From Octopus sinensis (Eukaryota), in NCBI RefSeq assembly GCF_006345805.1, contig NC_043011.1, forward strand, positions 10,354,001 through 10,418,000: DNA of 64,000 bases, in the 5' to 3' direction. The notes under the pieces are model-generated. The model was not told the origin of the DNA. It made no database searches and was given only the letters and a program-made list of their open reading frames with translations. Of the stretch, positions 39,986 to 54,782 are shown in pieces. Positions within the stretch are counted from its first letter, which is position 1, and the number at the start of each line of letters is the position of its first letter. The translations under genes were made by a program, and so were the position numbers.

Positions 39986-40488
39986 CGTATGTAATTTTAC
40001 TGTTATTCTCCTTGTCCTGTCTTTTACTGTTTTTATTTGTATTTTTACTGTCTTGTTTTGCTTTTACTGTCCTGTTCTTGTTACCACTTTTACCCCTCCG
40101 CAAAAATCCCAAATTTTATTTAATTTGCTTTGCGGGAAGGACTGTTTCAACGAAGTCGTGTCTCGCCCTTACCTTCGAAACACGGAGTAGACGAATCAGG
40201 GGCGGCTGAAGAAGAGGAATATTCCTTGTGTTGTATGTCTTGTACTCTTTTTTTGTTGTTGTTTAAAAAATGTCCGTTTCCAGGGTTTTGTTTTTATGTT
40301 TTCATTTCTCATTGTGTTCGACGTTTTTTTGGTGTCCTGTACCCATATATGCATGTATTTATACAAATAGATGTATGTACGTACATATATGTATGTATAT
40401 ATGCATATATTTTATTTATTATTTTGTTAATATATATATATACATACACACGCACACACACACGATATTTATATGCACCATAACTCTG

Positions 40489-40520
<32 letters not shown>

Positions 40521-41529
40521 AGTGTGTGTATGTGTGAGTGTGTGTATGTGTGAGTGTGTGTGTCTGTCTGTCTGTCTGTCTGTGTCGCCAGTTTCTAAGT
40601 TTGATCAAAAATGACAGCGAAAATCTTTGCTGCGCCATCTGTTTAGATTAAGGAACTGTTGTTTACTTTAGCCTGAATACATTTTAGGTAGCGGCAAAGT
40701 TGCGACACACAATACTAGACTGAAAGTTATTTTCCTCATGTAAGGCTGAAAATATGAAGCTGTATAGGGGTAGGCATATCTATGAAACTGTGCATCTAGA
40801 AACTGTACGAATATCTTTGTATACGTGGGCGGATGGAGGGGCGGATGGAGGGGTGGATGTGTTCAGGAACATACATCTTTAAACACATAAGCACACCTTT
40901 ACGTAAGCGAGTATGTGTGTGTGTGCGTGTGCGTGCGTGTGTGTGTGTGTGTGTGTGTATGTGTGTGTGTACATGTCTGTTCATGCATGTGAGAATTCTT
41001 GCCTTAATGGATGGATGTTCACTGTTTGTTTAGACTGGCCACCTGCCTGGTGACACAGTTGTAAAGATGAAATCCAGACTGCCACTCCTGTTCTCCTCCC
41101 ACAACCATTTACTCCCTGCCCCCACCCATAAACACACACACGCACACGAGGGGTGGGTGGAGTGCTGGTATTTGTTAATAAAGATCATGCACTTAGAAGC
41201 CTAGTCGTGTTTCTTGCGAACTTCAGAATCCTGGAGTTGTAAATAAACTAATTCGATTCATGTTTTTTATATATGAATGATAGAATGAGGTTTGTGTGGG
41301 AAACAGAATTTCGATGTCTAATACTAGCCGATATTCTGTAGAATACTCAGGTGTGTGAGTGAAGTATGTGGTGGAGAACGCCCTCTGGAGGACTATTAAC
41401 ACAAAAGAAGTTAACAATCTTTTCACAGTGTAAAGCGAGTTAAGAAATTTAAATTTGAAATTAGAAAATATGAGAGGAAACGAGTTTACATATACAAATA
41501 TATAATTTAAAATCTATTACTATAATCAT

Positions 41530-42450
41530 TGAGTGAGTAGCACACGCCGTCAAAGTGACACTGGGGTGTAAATGTACAAATCCCATTATACCCATCATGA
41601 CTATATGAGCGTGATATGGTGATCTCATATCAAGATAAATAGCGCATGACCTTGCAGGTGGGCACAGTAAAGGTTTTCTTCAAGCCGAGTAGTTCATTCT
41701 GCTTAAAAGGTCTCTTATTTCTTTATTGCCCACAAGGGGCTAAATGTAGAGGGGACAAACAAGGACAGACAAAGGGATTAAGTCGATTACATCGACCCAG
41801 TGCGAAACTGGTACTTAATTTATCGACCCCGAAAGGACGAAAGGCAATCTCGACCTCGGCGGAATTTGAACTTAGAACGTAACGGCAGACGAAATACCTA
41901 TTTCTTTATTACCCACAAGGAGCTAAACACAGAGAGGACAAACAAGGACCGACAAACGGATTAAGTCGATTACATCGGCCCCAGTGCTTAAATGGCACTT
42001 ATTTAATCGACCTCGAAAGAATGAAAGGCAAAGTCAACCTCGGCGGAATTTGAACTCAGAACGTAGCGGCAGACAAAATACCGCGAAGCACTTCGCCCGG
42101 CGTGCTAACGTTTCTGCCAGCTCACCGCCTTTCTGCTTAAAAGGTCCCTGAATAAGGGTTGTTTGAGGATGATGAACAAAATATCTATGCTTCCAGAGGT
42201 GAATTATTAAAACCCCTAAGAATTCCTCTCAACACATGGCTATGATGCTTCCTTACTACTCCTATTCATGATCAAAGATATAAATATTGTCGGCCACAAA
42301 GGGATCTACTCAACTGCTTGGTCAAGTAACTGAGAAACAAATCTGTGGTATTGGGCAGAATATTTGCTGTAGCTCAACTTTTACACCAAAATCAAGTATG
42401 TACATGTTAACGCTTCCAATCAGTTAGGATCAGAAACGAAGAAAGCCACA
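41530..42450. mobile_element. older copy of non-coding repeat E, interrupted by a SINE dimer
   Basis: 41530-41712 and 42131-42450 are collinear with 43062-43619. Confidence 0.75.
41713..42130 (-). mobile_element. dimeric family A SINE with a Tx1-type 3' tail and a 16-bp TSD
   Basis: TTCTGCTTAAAAGGTC at 41697-41712 and 42131-42146; full monomer 42130-41899, head-truncated monomer 41898-41713. Confidence 0.88.
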
Positions 42451-43012
42451 ACCTACATTACCTATGGTGAAGTTCTTATCATTTCTATTTAGTGGTAATC
42501 ATATAAAGAACTATTTTATTTGTTTTAGAATTCTTCAGCATGACTTAACATGTAAATATTTGAATTAGATATATTAAGAAAAGAGACATGACATATATTA
42601 TAAATGTTGTTCGACACAATCGTTTCCGATGTACAAGAGATGACAGGCGATGCCTGTAAACAGTTCAAAATGAGGAATTGGTGGAAGAGAGGTCAATATT
42701 GGGGTGTGGGGTGGCGTTTGCAATAATCTAGACTCTAGGTTTTCACCTTGATAAGACACAAGCAAGCAGGCACGACGCCAGACCTCTGCTGCACGCGAGT
42801 GCTCAGAATGTTTTCAGTGAGCACTGATTTATGGTTGAAGCGGAGTTTCGGAATAAGTGTATCGCAGTAAAGATTTTCCACAATTTCGTCAATTGCAAAA
42901 GTTCGGATTGAAGCACACTATTTAACCCGTCATAACTTTTTATTTTTTGGTATTTTTAGAAAACGTTTGCGAATTTGTGCTCTATATACTATATTTTGTA
43001 CGTTTGTGCAAA

Positions 43013-43732
<720 letters not shown>

Positions 43733-43774
43733 TAATAATGATAATAATAATGATAATAATAATAATAATAATAA

Positions 43775-44112
43775 CAACGTGTCTCTAAAAGAAATGGAGA
43801 AACTTTCAAAATACAAAGACCTGGAAATAGAGGTAACCAGAATGTGGAATCTAAAATCAGAAACAATTCCTATCATAGTAGGTGCATTAGGCATGATAAA
43901 AAAATATTCAGACAAATACATAACAAAAACACCAGGACTTACAAACACATAAAACATACAGAAAATTGCACTACTAGGCACTGCACACATCCTACACAGA
44001 ACACTTTCCATACAATAACCATCAGAGCATCACAACAAATCACAGCACATACCCAAGGCACACAGAGCTGCGCTCGGTAGTGAAGTGAAAGCACGCTATA
44101 AAAATAAAACTA

Positions 44113-44115
<3 letters not shown>
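43775..44115 (+). mobile_element. 3' end of an R4-clade (Dong/Rex6-like) non-LTR element in (AAT)n
   Basis: VSLKEMEKLSKYKDLEIEVTRMWNLKSETIPIIVGALGMI...IQKIALLGTAHIL is the end of a restriction-like endonuclease domain; one nonsense codon at 43950; (AAT)n on both sides. Confidence 0.8.
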
Positions 44116-44189
<74 letters not shown>

Positions 44190-44596
44190 TAATATTAATT
44201 CACCCCCTCATCCGACTAAAAATACGGACAGTTCGAATCTGCCATTTGTTTAAGTTTTTAACTTCCAGACGAAAAGTTGTGCAATTTGGGAGATTTAGCT
44301 GTTGTTTATAGCACATCCCATGATCATCTGGTACCTTCTTCGTTTCACTGTCACTGATATATAATGGATATTTTTCAATATTTTTCTCCTCATAAAAATA
44401 TTTTTACTGGAATGATGATGCAGAAGTAACAGATGGGTTTTGTTTCGGCCAAGGGTCGTCCATTGCTGGGAATTAGGTATAAAGGAAAACTCCTAACTCC
44501 CCACCTCACATACATACATACACGGACTCTGTGTGTGTGTGTGTAAGAAAAAACATATTTAGTCGCAGAAAAGTGTGTTATCAAAATAAATTATCG

Positions 44597-45278
44597 TATT
44601 ACATCTGGTAAAGTACAGATCAAGAACATTTTTAGTTAAAATATTGCAGCTAAGGATAAAATTTGAATAATAAAAATTATTTGATTTTAATTTATAAAGT
44701 AACATGATAATTAAAAAAGGTACCATAATTTTGTTAAAATATTGACACACTTGAATGCTTGAAAAATGAGAGCCAGAAGTACGAATATAATTAAAGTTTT
44801 ATGCAAAGTAGAACAGTATAAATGGTAGGCAAATTCATTTTGTAAAAAATAGGCATTGGTTCAAGACTAAAAAGGCAATAACTTGGCAATAACTTAGGCA
44901 ATAACTCAAGCAAATTTTATTGTTAATTTGTTGTTATAGGTAGATTTTACTGTAATACACAACTAGATTTTGTATTATTATATTTATTGTACTAACTAAT
45001 TATGTACTATTATTATTTCGTATAACCTAATTTCAAATTTCTAATTATTAATTGATAATTTAAAGAATGAATTTTTTTAAAGTGCAAAAAATATTTTAAG
45101 TTCTTATCTTTAATAGAAGTAATAAGTAATAACAAAGAGAAGTAAAACTTGTAATAAAATTTTTAATTTTAATAAAAGCTAATATTTTCTAAAACTAAAT
45201 ATTTTATTTGAAATTTTATCCTTAGCTGCAATATTGTAAGTAAAAATGTTCGTGTTCTGTACTTTAGCAGATGTAATA
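44597..45278. mobile_element. MITE-like element with imperfect TIRs of about 85 bp and possible TA TSD
   Basis: TA|TTACATCTGGTAAAGTACAG...ATATTGCAGCTAAGGATAAAATTT is inverted at 45195-45278. Confidence 0.65.
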
Positions 45279-46286
45279 TCTTGTCCTGTACTTTCCCAGG
45301 TTTATAATCTTGAGAATATTATTTCTCTTGCTCACATTTTTCCATGTAATATATATAATCGTAAGAGACAGAGTTTGTAGAACATAAACACACAAAAATT
45401 TTCTGAACATACCAAAAACCTAAAAAATGCCATGATCGGTTTCATCGGAAGTAGTGCGCGAGTTTTTTTTTTAACTCATTGAATTTGGATTTCGAATGAT
45501 TTAAAAAAATCATTTTGAAATTATAAGCAGAAATAAATGGTAGATTCGGATAGTCCGTATTTTAAACTATGATTTTTTAAAAATTAGTTTTAATGATTAA
45601 TTACCGGTAAAAAAAAATGTTTTAAATTTTGCTTTTTTAAGCCCCTCCTCCCTTCCTCTCCTCCTCTTCTTCTTACTTCACTTCATCCTACTCCCTCACC
45701 CCCTTGCACGCAACTGGCCGTGAATTTTTCCTTTTCAATCTTTTACGAACATTCTTTCAGAATTGTTTCAAATAGCAGAGATGTTGATGACACAAAGGTG
45801 CTTTCCATTTTTCCCTCCCGACTCTCCTCTATTTCGAAAGATGCACCAAGCTGTGACCTGTTAAGATGTATGGCTTAAGGTTTTTAGGATATACTTTAGG
45901 GTTATGGTATAGGTTTAAGGTGAAGATTGGGATTTACGGTTAGGGTTTAGGTTAAATGAAGAAGAGGTGTTTATGTAGATGGGACCAGAAGCAGTGTTTG
46001 TGTGCGTGTTGGGATCTTTTCATGTCATCCTTGACGTTTTTCGATTTTACTTTTTTCTTTATTCAGTCTCACTTGTTCTTTCTTATTATTTCCCAGGGAA
46101 ATTCTTCATCAGTCTCTTTGCTTCATCTGGAATTTTGTTTTGAAATCAAATTTTGTTCTGGTTTTTGAAGAAAAGTTAATCAGGCTTCAAAAAACGTATT
46201 GTGGGAAGATTTTTATAAACTGTACTTTCTAAATCTGAGAGTGCTCCATTGAATAGTGAGGGGTTGCAGTGCCGTCAAGCGACGGG

Positions 46287-46689
46287 CATGCATGAATCGA
46301 TGGTGTAATGGTGTCTCTGTTTAACAGTGACAGAGAGGTGATGAAGAGATAGAGAGAAAGATAGGTAGATTAATACGATGCCTGTGTTGGCATGCATAAG
46401 TAGTCGCTATGTATCTGGTTATGGAACTATTTTTAATAATTTGTTAGATAAATGTTTAATCATGAATGTAAACAAGATCACTGCCAAATAATAAGTTACA
46501 GTGTTGGAGAAGAGATCATATCGATATTTATGTGTGTATGTGTGTGTGTGTGAGTGTATGTGTGTATGCGTGCGTTTGTCTGTGGACGTACGTACGTATG
46601 TAAGTACATGTGCTTGCCTGTGGGTTCGTTTGTCGTCGTCGTTCTGTGCAATTATACACACACACACACACGCACACACACAGATATAT

Positions 46690-46723
<34 letters not shown>

Positions 46724-46977
46724 TTCCTTCGATCTATCTATCTACTGCCCAAAACTGATATCGATTATCAGGTAGTGGTCTTGTTTACACACATAATTAA
46801 ACATTTATTTAATAAATTATTAAAAATAACTCAATAACCTGATACACATCGAATATCAATGCATGCCAACACAGGCATACTATTAATCTACCTATCCTTC
46901 TATCTAGCTCTCTTTCATCTCTTTGTCACTGTTTTTGTTAAACAGACACACCATTACACCATGAACACATGTACATG
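46287..46977. mobile_element. foldback element with imperfect arms of about 220-240 bp
   Basis: 46300-46530 versus the reverse complement of 46760-46962, sharing for example ATGCCTGTGTTGGCATGCAT; microsatellite spacer. Confidence 0.7.
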
Positions 46978-47437
46978 TCCAAAATGAAACCCTAGAGCTT
47001 AGATCATTGCAAAAGCCGCCTCCATCCTAAATGTTGACCCGCATCTCTTCCATCCACTTTTTCCTTTACAAAATTTCTTTCATAGCTTTTCATTTCTCCA
47101 TTCTTCTTCTGTCCAATCGTCAAATTTTAGGCTTTATTTTTCTACATTTAATCCTTCCATCTTTGAACTTCTCTGCCATAAGATCTGTGATGAACTAAAT
47201 CTCCCAGCAATATTATGGATCGCCGAGGCCTCCGAAACAGCTGTTGGACTTATAGCACCTTTCTTCCACACCTTTAATTTTCTCTGTCGTTTGTACTCTG
47301 TGTAAGTTAATAAAAATATCTACGTCTCCTCCTTTTGCTTTCTCTTGTTTTGCATGTATACATATTTTGTATTTCATATCCAAATTAATATATTTAATAT
47401 ATTTGATGTATCTAATTTGCATATTTGCATAATTACC

Positions 47438-47478
<41 letters not shown>

Positions 47479-48699
47479 TGGCCACGACATTATTTTCCAA
47501 AACTCTTTTGGCAAAGGAATATTCAGCTTTCCAGACTCATATCTACGTTGTTCAAGACATGAACAATTTAGAAATACGGATTCTAAAACAAAGGTTGATT
47601 TTATAGAGCACCTGCGTGGGGGGATTTCCATATATATCTTAGAATATGATACCGAGTCTGAGCAGGGACCAGGCAATCAGTGAGAGGGAGAGAGAGAGAG
47701 AGAGACAGAGAGACAGAGAGAGGGAGAGGGAGAGAGAGGGAGGGAGAACAGTGAAGTCTCTAGAAAAATCTGGAAGACAGTGAGTAAGAGGGATAATATT
47801 ATTTGAATGCTTCCTGTAGTGTGGTGGTGTTGCTGGTGGTTAGGGTAAGCCATGAGTCGTGGTATCGGATGTTGTTTGGTAAGGAAGACGACTGAAGCAA
47901 GGAGACAGACATATGGTAAGGAGAGAATGGATTTGGTGAACTGTTTAAACAAATATTGTTATTGGATTGGGTGGGGTATGGGTGGAGAGAGGGAAGTTAG
48001 TTGGAACCTTCTCTCTCATTCGAGCGAGGCTGAAAGTGGGTAGCCTGAAAGTTAAGTTAGGGAGTAAAAAAAGGTGGTAGAAGTTATGTGGAAGACAAAG
48101 AACTAAAGATGTTGATGTGTGTGTGTGTGTGTGTGTGTATGTGAGGGGAGGGTTAAACATTCAATAATAAAACAAGCAGCGAATGTTTTCTAGATAAATG
48201 TTATCTTCTTTATTGTTTGTTATCGGTGAGGTGGAAGCATCTACAATCCATTCCAACGCCTAATTAAAGTAAAAGCCACTTACATCAACCTCTGCGACAC
48301 AAACCCCCTGATATAATTTAAGTTCTTTATTTGGTCGTATCTTGATTAATTCTTTGCTCGTATCTTTGGCAGCGAATAGTCTTCACCCTTGAAATCTGAC
48401 TCCACCGACAATGTGTGACTGGTTGTATTATCCTCTTCAAGATGTTCTTCTCTATTCAACCAACTACAAAAGTCCTTATCTCCAAAACCTTCGCGTGCTT
48501 TACTCAAAGATGTGCCGCAGCAGTGTCAAAGGCAAATAATGTTACCCGCAATACTTGGAGAAATATTAACCAACAGTTTTCTAAGAGTTGTATAACTTGC
48601 AAGTTCTTTCATTTCCCAAATTGGAACAGGACGTCTTTACCAACTTTTAGAATTTTCTTTCTCATCTCTCAGCCATGATGGCTCTGTATGTAGTACCCT

Positions 48700-48950
48700 G
48701 TAGATAAATAAGTCCCCCTACGTATTATTGTCGAGAATCCGACGACTAATGGAACCGGTTACTGGTTTCTGTGGCAAGTAACTGACTCAGATCACAACAT
48801 ACGCCCGTGAACGAGACTCCAGCCTGGCCACTCGTTTATAGCTGAGTCAATTGGAGTAACTTGCTTAAGAATACAACTCACCGCTTGACCCGGCAATTAG
48901 GACCGTGATATGGCGATCGCGAGCGCAACTCCCTAAACACTTGCACCTTC
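48700..48950 (-). mobile_element. decayed SINE, probably family C
   Basis: Patchy similarity to the reverse complement of 30672-30810. Confidence 0.35.
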
Positions 48951-49180
48951 GCTTTCTGGGGATTAAGTTTCCAAGTTTGTAATCTGCTTCTCTTCCCCTT
49001 CTAAACTACATCCCAAAACAATTACAAAACTTCTGTCCTTAGCACCATCACCCCTAACCATTCAATTACTTTTTCAAAGGATGTGATTCCGTCTACCAAA
49101 GTCTTCAATCTTCTATTTCTACGAAGAGAATCTTTGGGAACATGATAACTCAGTTTCAATTAATATTGAACACAGCTTAA

Positions 49181-49399
49181 AGGCGGTGAACTGGCAAAAA
49201 CGTTAGCACGCCGAGCGAAACAGTTAGCAGTATTTCGTCTGTCTTTACGTTCTGAGTTCAAATTCCGCCGAGGTCGACTTTGCCTTCCATCCTTTCAGGG
49301 TCGATAAATTAAGTACCAGTTGCGTACTGAGGTCGATCTAATCGACTGGCCTCCTCCCCCAAAATTTCGGGCCTTGTGCCTGGAGTAGAAAAGAATATT
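49181..49399 (+). mobile_element. tRNA-derived SINE family A (tail type 1), well preserved
   Basis: GGCGGTGAACTGGC...GAGTTCAAATTCC...GTCGATCTAATCGACT...GAGTAGAAAAGAATATT. Confidence 0.88.
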
Positions 49400-50794
49400 G
49401 AACATTGCCGCATATATGAAGAGAAATGTCCCTCTACATGGTTAGCGTGAGACTGGCGGTTCCAATCAGTCGTAACTAGTATTACTGTTGAAATGGAAAC
49501 CGTTTTACTCAATATTCCAATAGAAAATACTGGCTTTTCCAAACCCCTTTTATCATCGCTTTGCCAGAGAAAGTAAAGTTGATGCATTTTTGTAATTTCT
49601 GTAATTTTTGTAAATTTATGTTTTGTTGGCGATAACACTTGTTGGTGATGCACAGCTGGTCTAAGATCCAGCAGACATCACAGTCGCTTTATGCTTGTAG
49701 CTTCTCAGGCATCATCAACCATCGCATCAGGCGGTGCGTCGGACAGAGAAGATTAGACTGGAGGTGGGGAGGCTAGATTGAGGATGAAGAAAGATGGCTT
49801 TCATTACTCCTTTTTGGTACAATTTCAATATTATTTGGTTTGGCATGAAGGTCATGGGAGTACGTAATAGTTGATACTGCACTGTCAAGCGAAATATCTC
49901 AAATTAGACCATCGTGAAGGCAATTAAAAGTGTTGTGTGTCTCAAGTGTTGTTGTTGTTGCTGCGGTTGTTATTGTTGCTGCTGTTGTTGTTGTTGTTTA
50001 CCTAATATCAGACCTGATCGAGCAGCGACTCTCCATTCTTCAACGAGGTATCAACACTTGCGTTACTGAATGAGATCTTTTTTACGACGCTAGCGTGGAA
50101 TTCGAAAGAGTATTAGTTGCTATTTCTAGCAGGTAAGACGAATGCATAGAGGCTTTTCCGTTGACTCATTAGTACTGTGCTTGTTGAATGAGTGTGAACC
50201 GGAGGTCATCATCCGCTGTTCACTTCAATAATGATGTTCTGACCTCTGCTCTGCTGCTACTGCTCATCCGTATTCCTTGATTTGTCTCGTTACACGTCAA
50301 GAACGAGGATGTAGTTACATGCCATCTGAATTTAAAGAAAACTGCAGCAACAATATTTCTATGGGTGGACAAACGGAATGAAAACTTGTTAGACAGTATT
50401 AAAGGTTGGGAAAACATTTTGATCTGTATCAAAGTCAGTTTTAGAAACAAAATGAGAGGATTGGTCGGTACTATGTATTGATGGTGCCTAACATTATTGG
50501 TGGGAGAAGTTAATTTGTAGTTGGAAAGTAATTTTAACTTTTAATGATGTTACGTCATATTGGAAAGCATTGGGTAAAACTCTCTTGTATCTGGAGGTAG
50601 GAAATTGGAGTGAGGAAATATTTGGACCCAGCTACAATCAGAGGTTAGTTCCTCAAGAGTTCCCTGAAAAGGGTCACGGAATCTTGCCTCTCCCCTTCAT
50701 TGATCCTCTTATTGATTGAGGAAAATTACTCTTGATCGATTGTAGAGTTTTAGGAGAAAAAGTTTTCTTTTCCTTCCGTCTCCCAATGTACACA

Positions 50795-50860
50795 AGAAGA
50801 AGAAGAAGAAGAAGAAGAAGAAAGAAGAAGAAGAAGAAGAAGAAGAAGAAGAAGAAGAGG
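50795..50860. repeat. (GAA)n microsatellite
   Basis: Direct reading. Confidence 0.9.
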
Positions 50861-53176
50861 CGGCGAATGAGGAGGCGAATGAGGAGGCAGGGAAGAAGAC
50901 GAAGGAAGACTATTTAACTACTAATACAGTCAAAATGTCCGTCGTAAGTTCCTGCATAACAAACCACAATAATTATAGAGGTATTAACATTTTTGTTGGA
51001 GTAAATTGCAAATTGAGAGACAGACAGAAAGAGAAAGAAAGAAAGAAAGACATACAGACAGAGATCTATTTAAAGATGAAATTTGAAAGAAATACTTTTG
51101 ACTGCGAAAACCGTTGACAGACCTTCGTTGTGTTATTAAACAATCGTTGAATCTCGCCATGACAAGTTGATTTTATCTATTTTTTATAGAAAAAAAAAAT
51201 TTAAAGGACTCCAATATTGATTCCTAACTTTGACCCATGGTCAGAAATTTATAGGAATGAGAGAGGGAGAGAGAGGGGAGAAGAGAGGGATTTAGTCTAC
51301 CTAATTTATGGATCTTAGTACATTACTGGTGCTTATTTCCAGAGGCATACCCAGGTCCTAGGTTAGGGGAAGCGAACAAAAAAAAAGGCTCTGTGATACA
51401 TACAAAACAATTTTTAACCCATTTCTCTTATATTAGTTATAATGAAACGCGTAATTGTATACTACATTCATTAATTTCATGTTTCAGTAACAATGTCATT
51501 ACGTTTGACGTCACACCTACTGATACAGGTGTGACGTGAAAAAGATGAAACACCTTCCAGTGTTGGGGTTTTATTTTGAGTCTTCGGATGTCAGCGGCTA
51601 CCAACACATCATTGGAAATTGAGCAGAGAATTGGAAAAAACGGAGATTGGTCAAATAAAGTAATGGCTCCAGAAAGTTCTTCCAAGACCATGCGATTAAC
51701 AAGAGAAAAAAAAGACATTTAACTTGTATCGCACAAATGAACCAAAAGAGTGGAAAATAGTTGAAAAGGCGCCACTTTTGAAAAATTTGCGAGGCAGAAG
51801 AGGTCGCTCGCCTCGCTCCGCTATTAGTTACTTATTAGTTGCTTATTTCATCGATCCGAGAATGATTAACACTGAATTCTGTTGTTTGAAGACTTCAAAT
51901 ATCGAGTAAGGAACAATAGTTTCAGTTGTTAATAATCACGCGAAGCAGACGAAGAGCACAAACTTGAAATGAATTTAGTTGAAGGCTTTGTCTCTTATCA
52001 TTCGTGGAGCTGTTCCCTCGGTTATCTTTCCTTGAGGGATCAACTACTGAGGAAGTCGGAGAAGCACCATTGTGACATGCGGTGGGTCTTGGACGTTTAA
52101 AAGCAAGTCTGAAGAAAGCTAATTATTTCTTTCAGAGAAAAAGAGAGAACGAGGAAGAAGGATCGAACGCATTACTGAAATAGTATTTTATTTATTGTCC
52201 ACAATGGCATGAAAGCAAAGTTAATTTCAGCTGGATTTGAACGTTGGGAGCCAAAAAGGTATCCTTACCAACATTCAATCCCCCCCCCATCTCTGATATT
52301 CCTTAGTGATCCCCCACCATACATGTGTGGCCTTGTAGCTAAAGGAAAGTTGTTAGAAGTAGAGCACCTTCCTAAATGCTTCACAAAAATACTGACTACT
52401 CTGTTCAAAATACTTTTTATCCTTCGTAGTGGATCAATAATACCAGTAATATATTGCTTTAGCTTCAACCAGTGGTTTTTGCCAAAGGCTGCAAATATTG
52501 TTCTTATGTCTTACCAAATGAAATTCTCATTTTAAAAAAAAACGCTATTTAGAATTTTTTAATTTAAAGAATTTATAAAATTTTAAAATTTAAATACGAA
52601 TTTAAAAGCTGAATCGATATTTAAACATTTTTATTTAAATTTGATTTTAGATTTCAGTTTTTAGTTTTGAATCAATGAAACAAAATTGTTATTTTCTATT
52701 TTAATTTTGTATTTGAATTTGAGTTCTGGCGAAATTTTTTCTTTCCAAAGATTATAAACGAATCGATGCCAGCCGCATAGAATGGTTTTAAACTTCGTGA
52801 AAGTCTTCTGACACTGGTTTGTACACTTGACGATATTTAATATATCTGAGGAAGAAAAGTTACTCCTGTGAAGCTTTTCGTGACTTCCGAGGTTGATGTG
52901 GAAAAGAAAGGGAGCTGACCGAAACCTTGGTCCTTAGTGGACCTTGTTCAAATCAGCCCAAAGGTCGGGTAATGGTGTTAAATTTCGTGACGCATTTCAA
53001 ACGACCACTTGAGAACACAGGCGGCTCCTTAGACTGTCTTCCACAGTTCCCCCACCTTCATTTCATTTACAGGGCTTTGATCGACCCCAGATTATAGTAA
53101 AAAAACGCTTGTCCACGAGGTCATGCATGTGGATTGAACCTGAAATTTCGCAGTCACGAAGCGAACACTTTTGAAG

Positions 53177-53289
53177 CACACATCAAGTCCAGACTGACGA
53201 CAAGAACGTTTCACAGCAGCAAAAGACAGTCATGGATAAACGAGTGAAGAAGAGCAAAGTTCACTACAGCCAGCCGACATTGGCAATGG
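53177..53289 (+). CDS. weak candidate coding exon of an unknown host gene
   Basis: One open frame (HQVQTDDKNVSQQQKTVMDKRVKKSKVHYSQPTLAM), donor G|GTAAGT, weak acceptor. Confidence 0.22.
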
Positions 53290-54486
53290 GTAAGTTGAAT
53301 TCCAGTTTAAATTTCACTTCAGTTATGTCATGTTCACTCCAAAGGATCAACCAGAGACTTACAGTAGGAGGATGTGAGGCTGTATTTCTTCAACCACTTG
53401 CTGTAATAGCTACCTGTTATATATTAGAGCTAACCAGTTCTAACAGCCGCTTGTTACATATCATAGGCAACAGAGATGAAATATAGTCTTTAATCTAATA
53501 ACACACACAAATAATTAAATTATAAGATATAATAATATAATTAAAATAAATAATTAAATACAAAATAATTACGAGGGAGAAGGTTGTCTCATTTGTCCTA
53601 TTTATTCGGCGTAAACAGAACTAGTCATCATGATAATTAAGTCACATGACATCATTCCTCCAATCACCGACACTCATTTGTGTTATTTAAAATGAGTGCT
53701 AACATATTTAATAAGGTGATGGAACTTTGTGTAGAATGGGTTGTGGTGTAGCAACTTGAGTTGCGATCCGAGTTCAAATCCGGCCGAGGTCAACTTTGTC
53801 GTTCATTCTTCCGTGGTCGATAAATAAAGTGCCAATACGAAAATCAGTTATTCTCTCTCCTTCTCTGTCTCTCTCCCCCTTTCTTTCTCATCTACCTTCT
53901 CTCTCTCACCCATTCTCACGATCTCTTTCTTTCCCAGCCTCTCTCTCTCTCTCCCAGTCTCTCTCTGTCTCTCCCCTCTCCGACAGACTCACCCCATTTA
54001 GACGTCATCTGTCACGGCGGAACGCCTTCACGCTTATCAAGAGACTGATAACAAGACAACGCAATGTGATGAGCGAGTTAACTTGAACTAATCAAGTCTG
54101 TTTCTGTTCTGAGAGGAGCTAAATAGCGGAACTATTCTTAAATTAATTGGAAATAAGCAAGAGAGATAGGTTTGAATCGTAATCATCGAGATGAAAGGAA
54201 AAGAAAGATCTTTAGAAAATAGGGTGATAACTCTAGACATGTTTCTGACTTGTTAGACCTCGTCAACGAAGTATAGTCTTTGCCGAGGTTGTTAGTCAGT
54301 AATAAGGAATTATATGACTAATGGCGACAAACAGGTTTGACAACGTAATGTAACGACCACATGACATACTGTTGGTCTCAGAAAAGTCTGCCACAGACGT
54401 GAACTGTGGTTCATTTATCCCGGGCAGAGGAACCCTGTCCTTAGTCGTTCGACTTGCAGAACATATCAGCTAAACCCCCTTCACAT

Positions 54487-54565
<79 letters not shown>

Positions 54566-54735
54566 ACACACACACACACACGCATTGTCTATATATTTTA
54601 ATACATTCATGTTAAACCAAAGCTGTTTAAAATAAACAATGCAAGTACATGGTTTTTGGTTTAAAAAATATTTAAAGCATTTATTTCAGACAATGCTTCG
54701 TGAAAAGTGCATTCCTCTATTATATACATAAAATC

Positions 54736-54782
<47 letters not shown>

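Noticed and set aside
40140-40230. CTGAAGA and CGAAAC motifs near an AGGAATATTCCT palindrome
   Set aside because: Motif order and stems do not assemble into any hammerhead topology.
45870-45955. TTAGGG-like degenerate repeats (also 3461-3477)
   Set aside because: Too short and degenerate to call interstitial telomere; likely parts of dispersed repeats.
47215-47255. GAGGCCTCC-GAAACAGCTGTT hammerhead look-alike
   Set aside because: No catalytic core and no stem I.
52780-53030. Possible decayed RT-like traces (also 7190-7290, 8500-8840, 28520-28800, 47060-47290, 48400-48680)
   Set aside because: Strand-biased composition only; no motif could be read with confidence.
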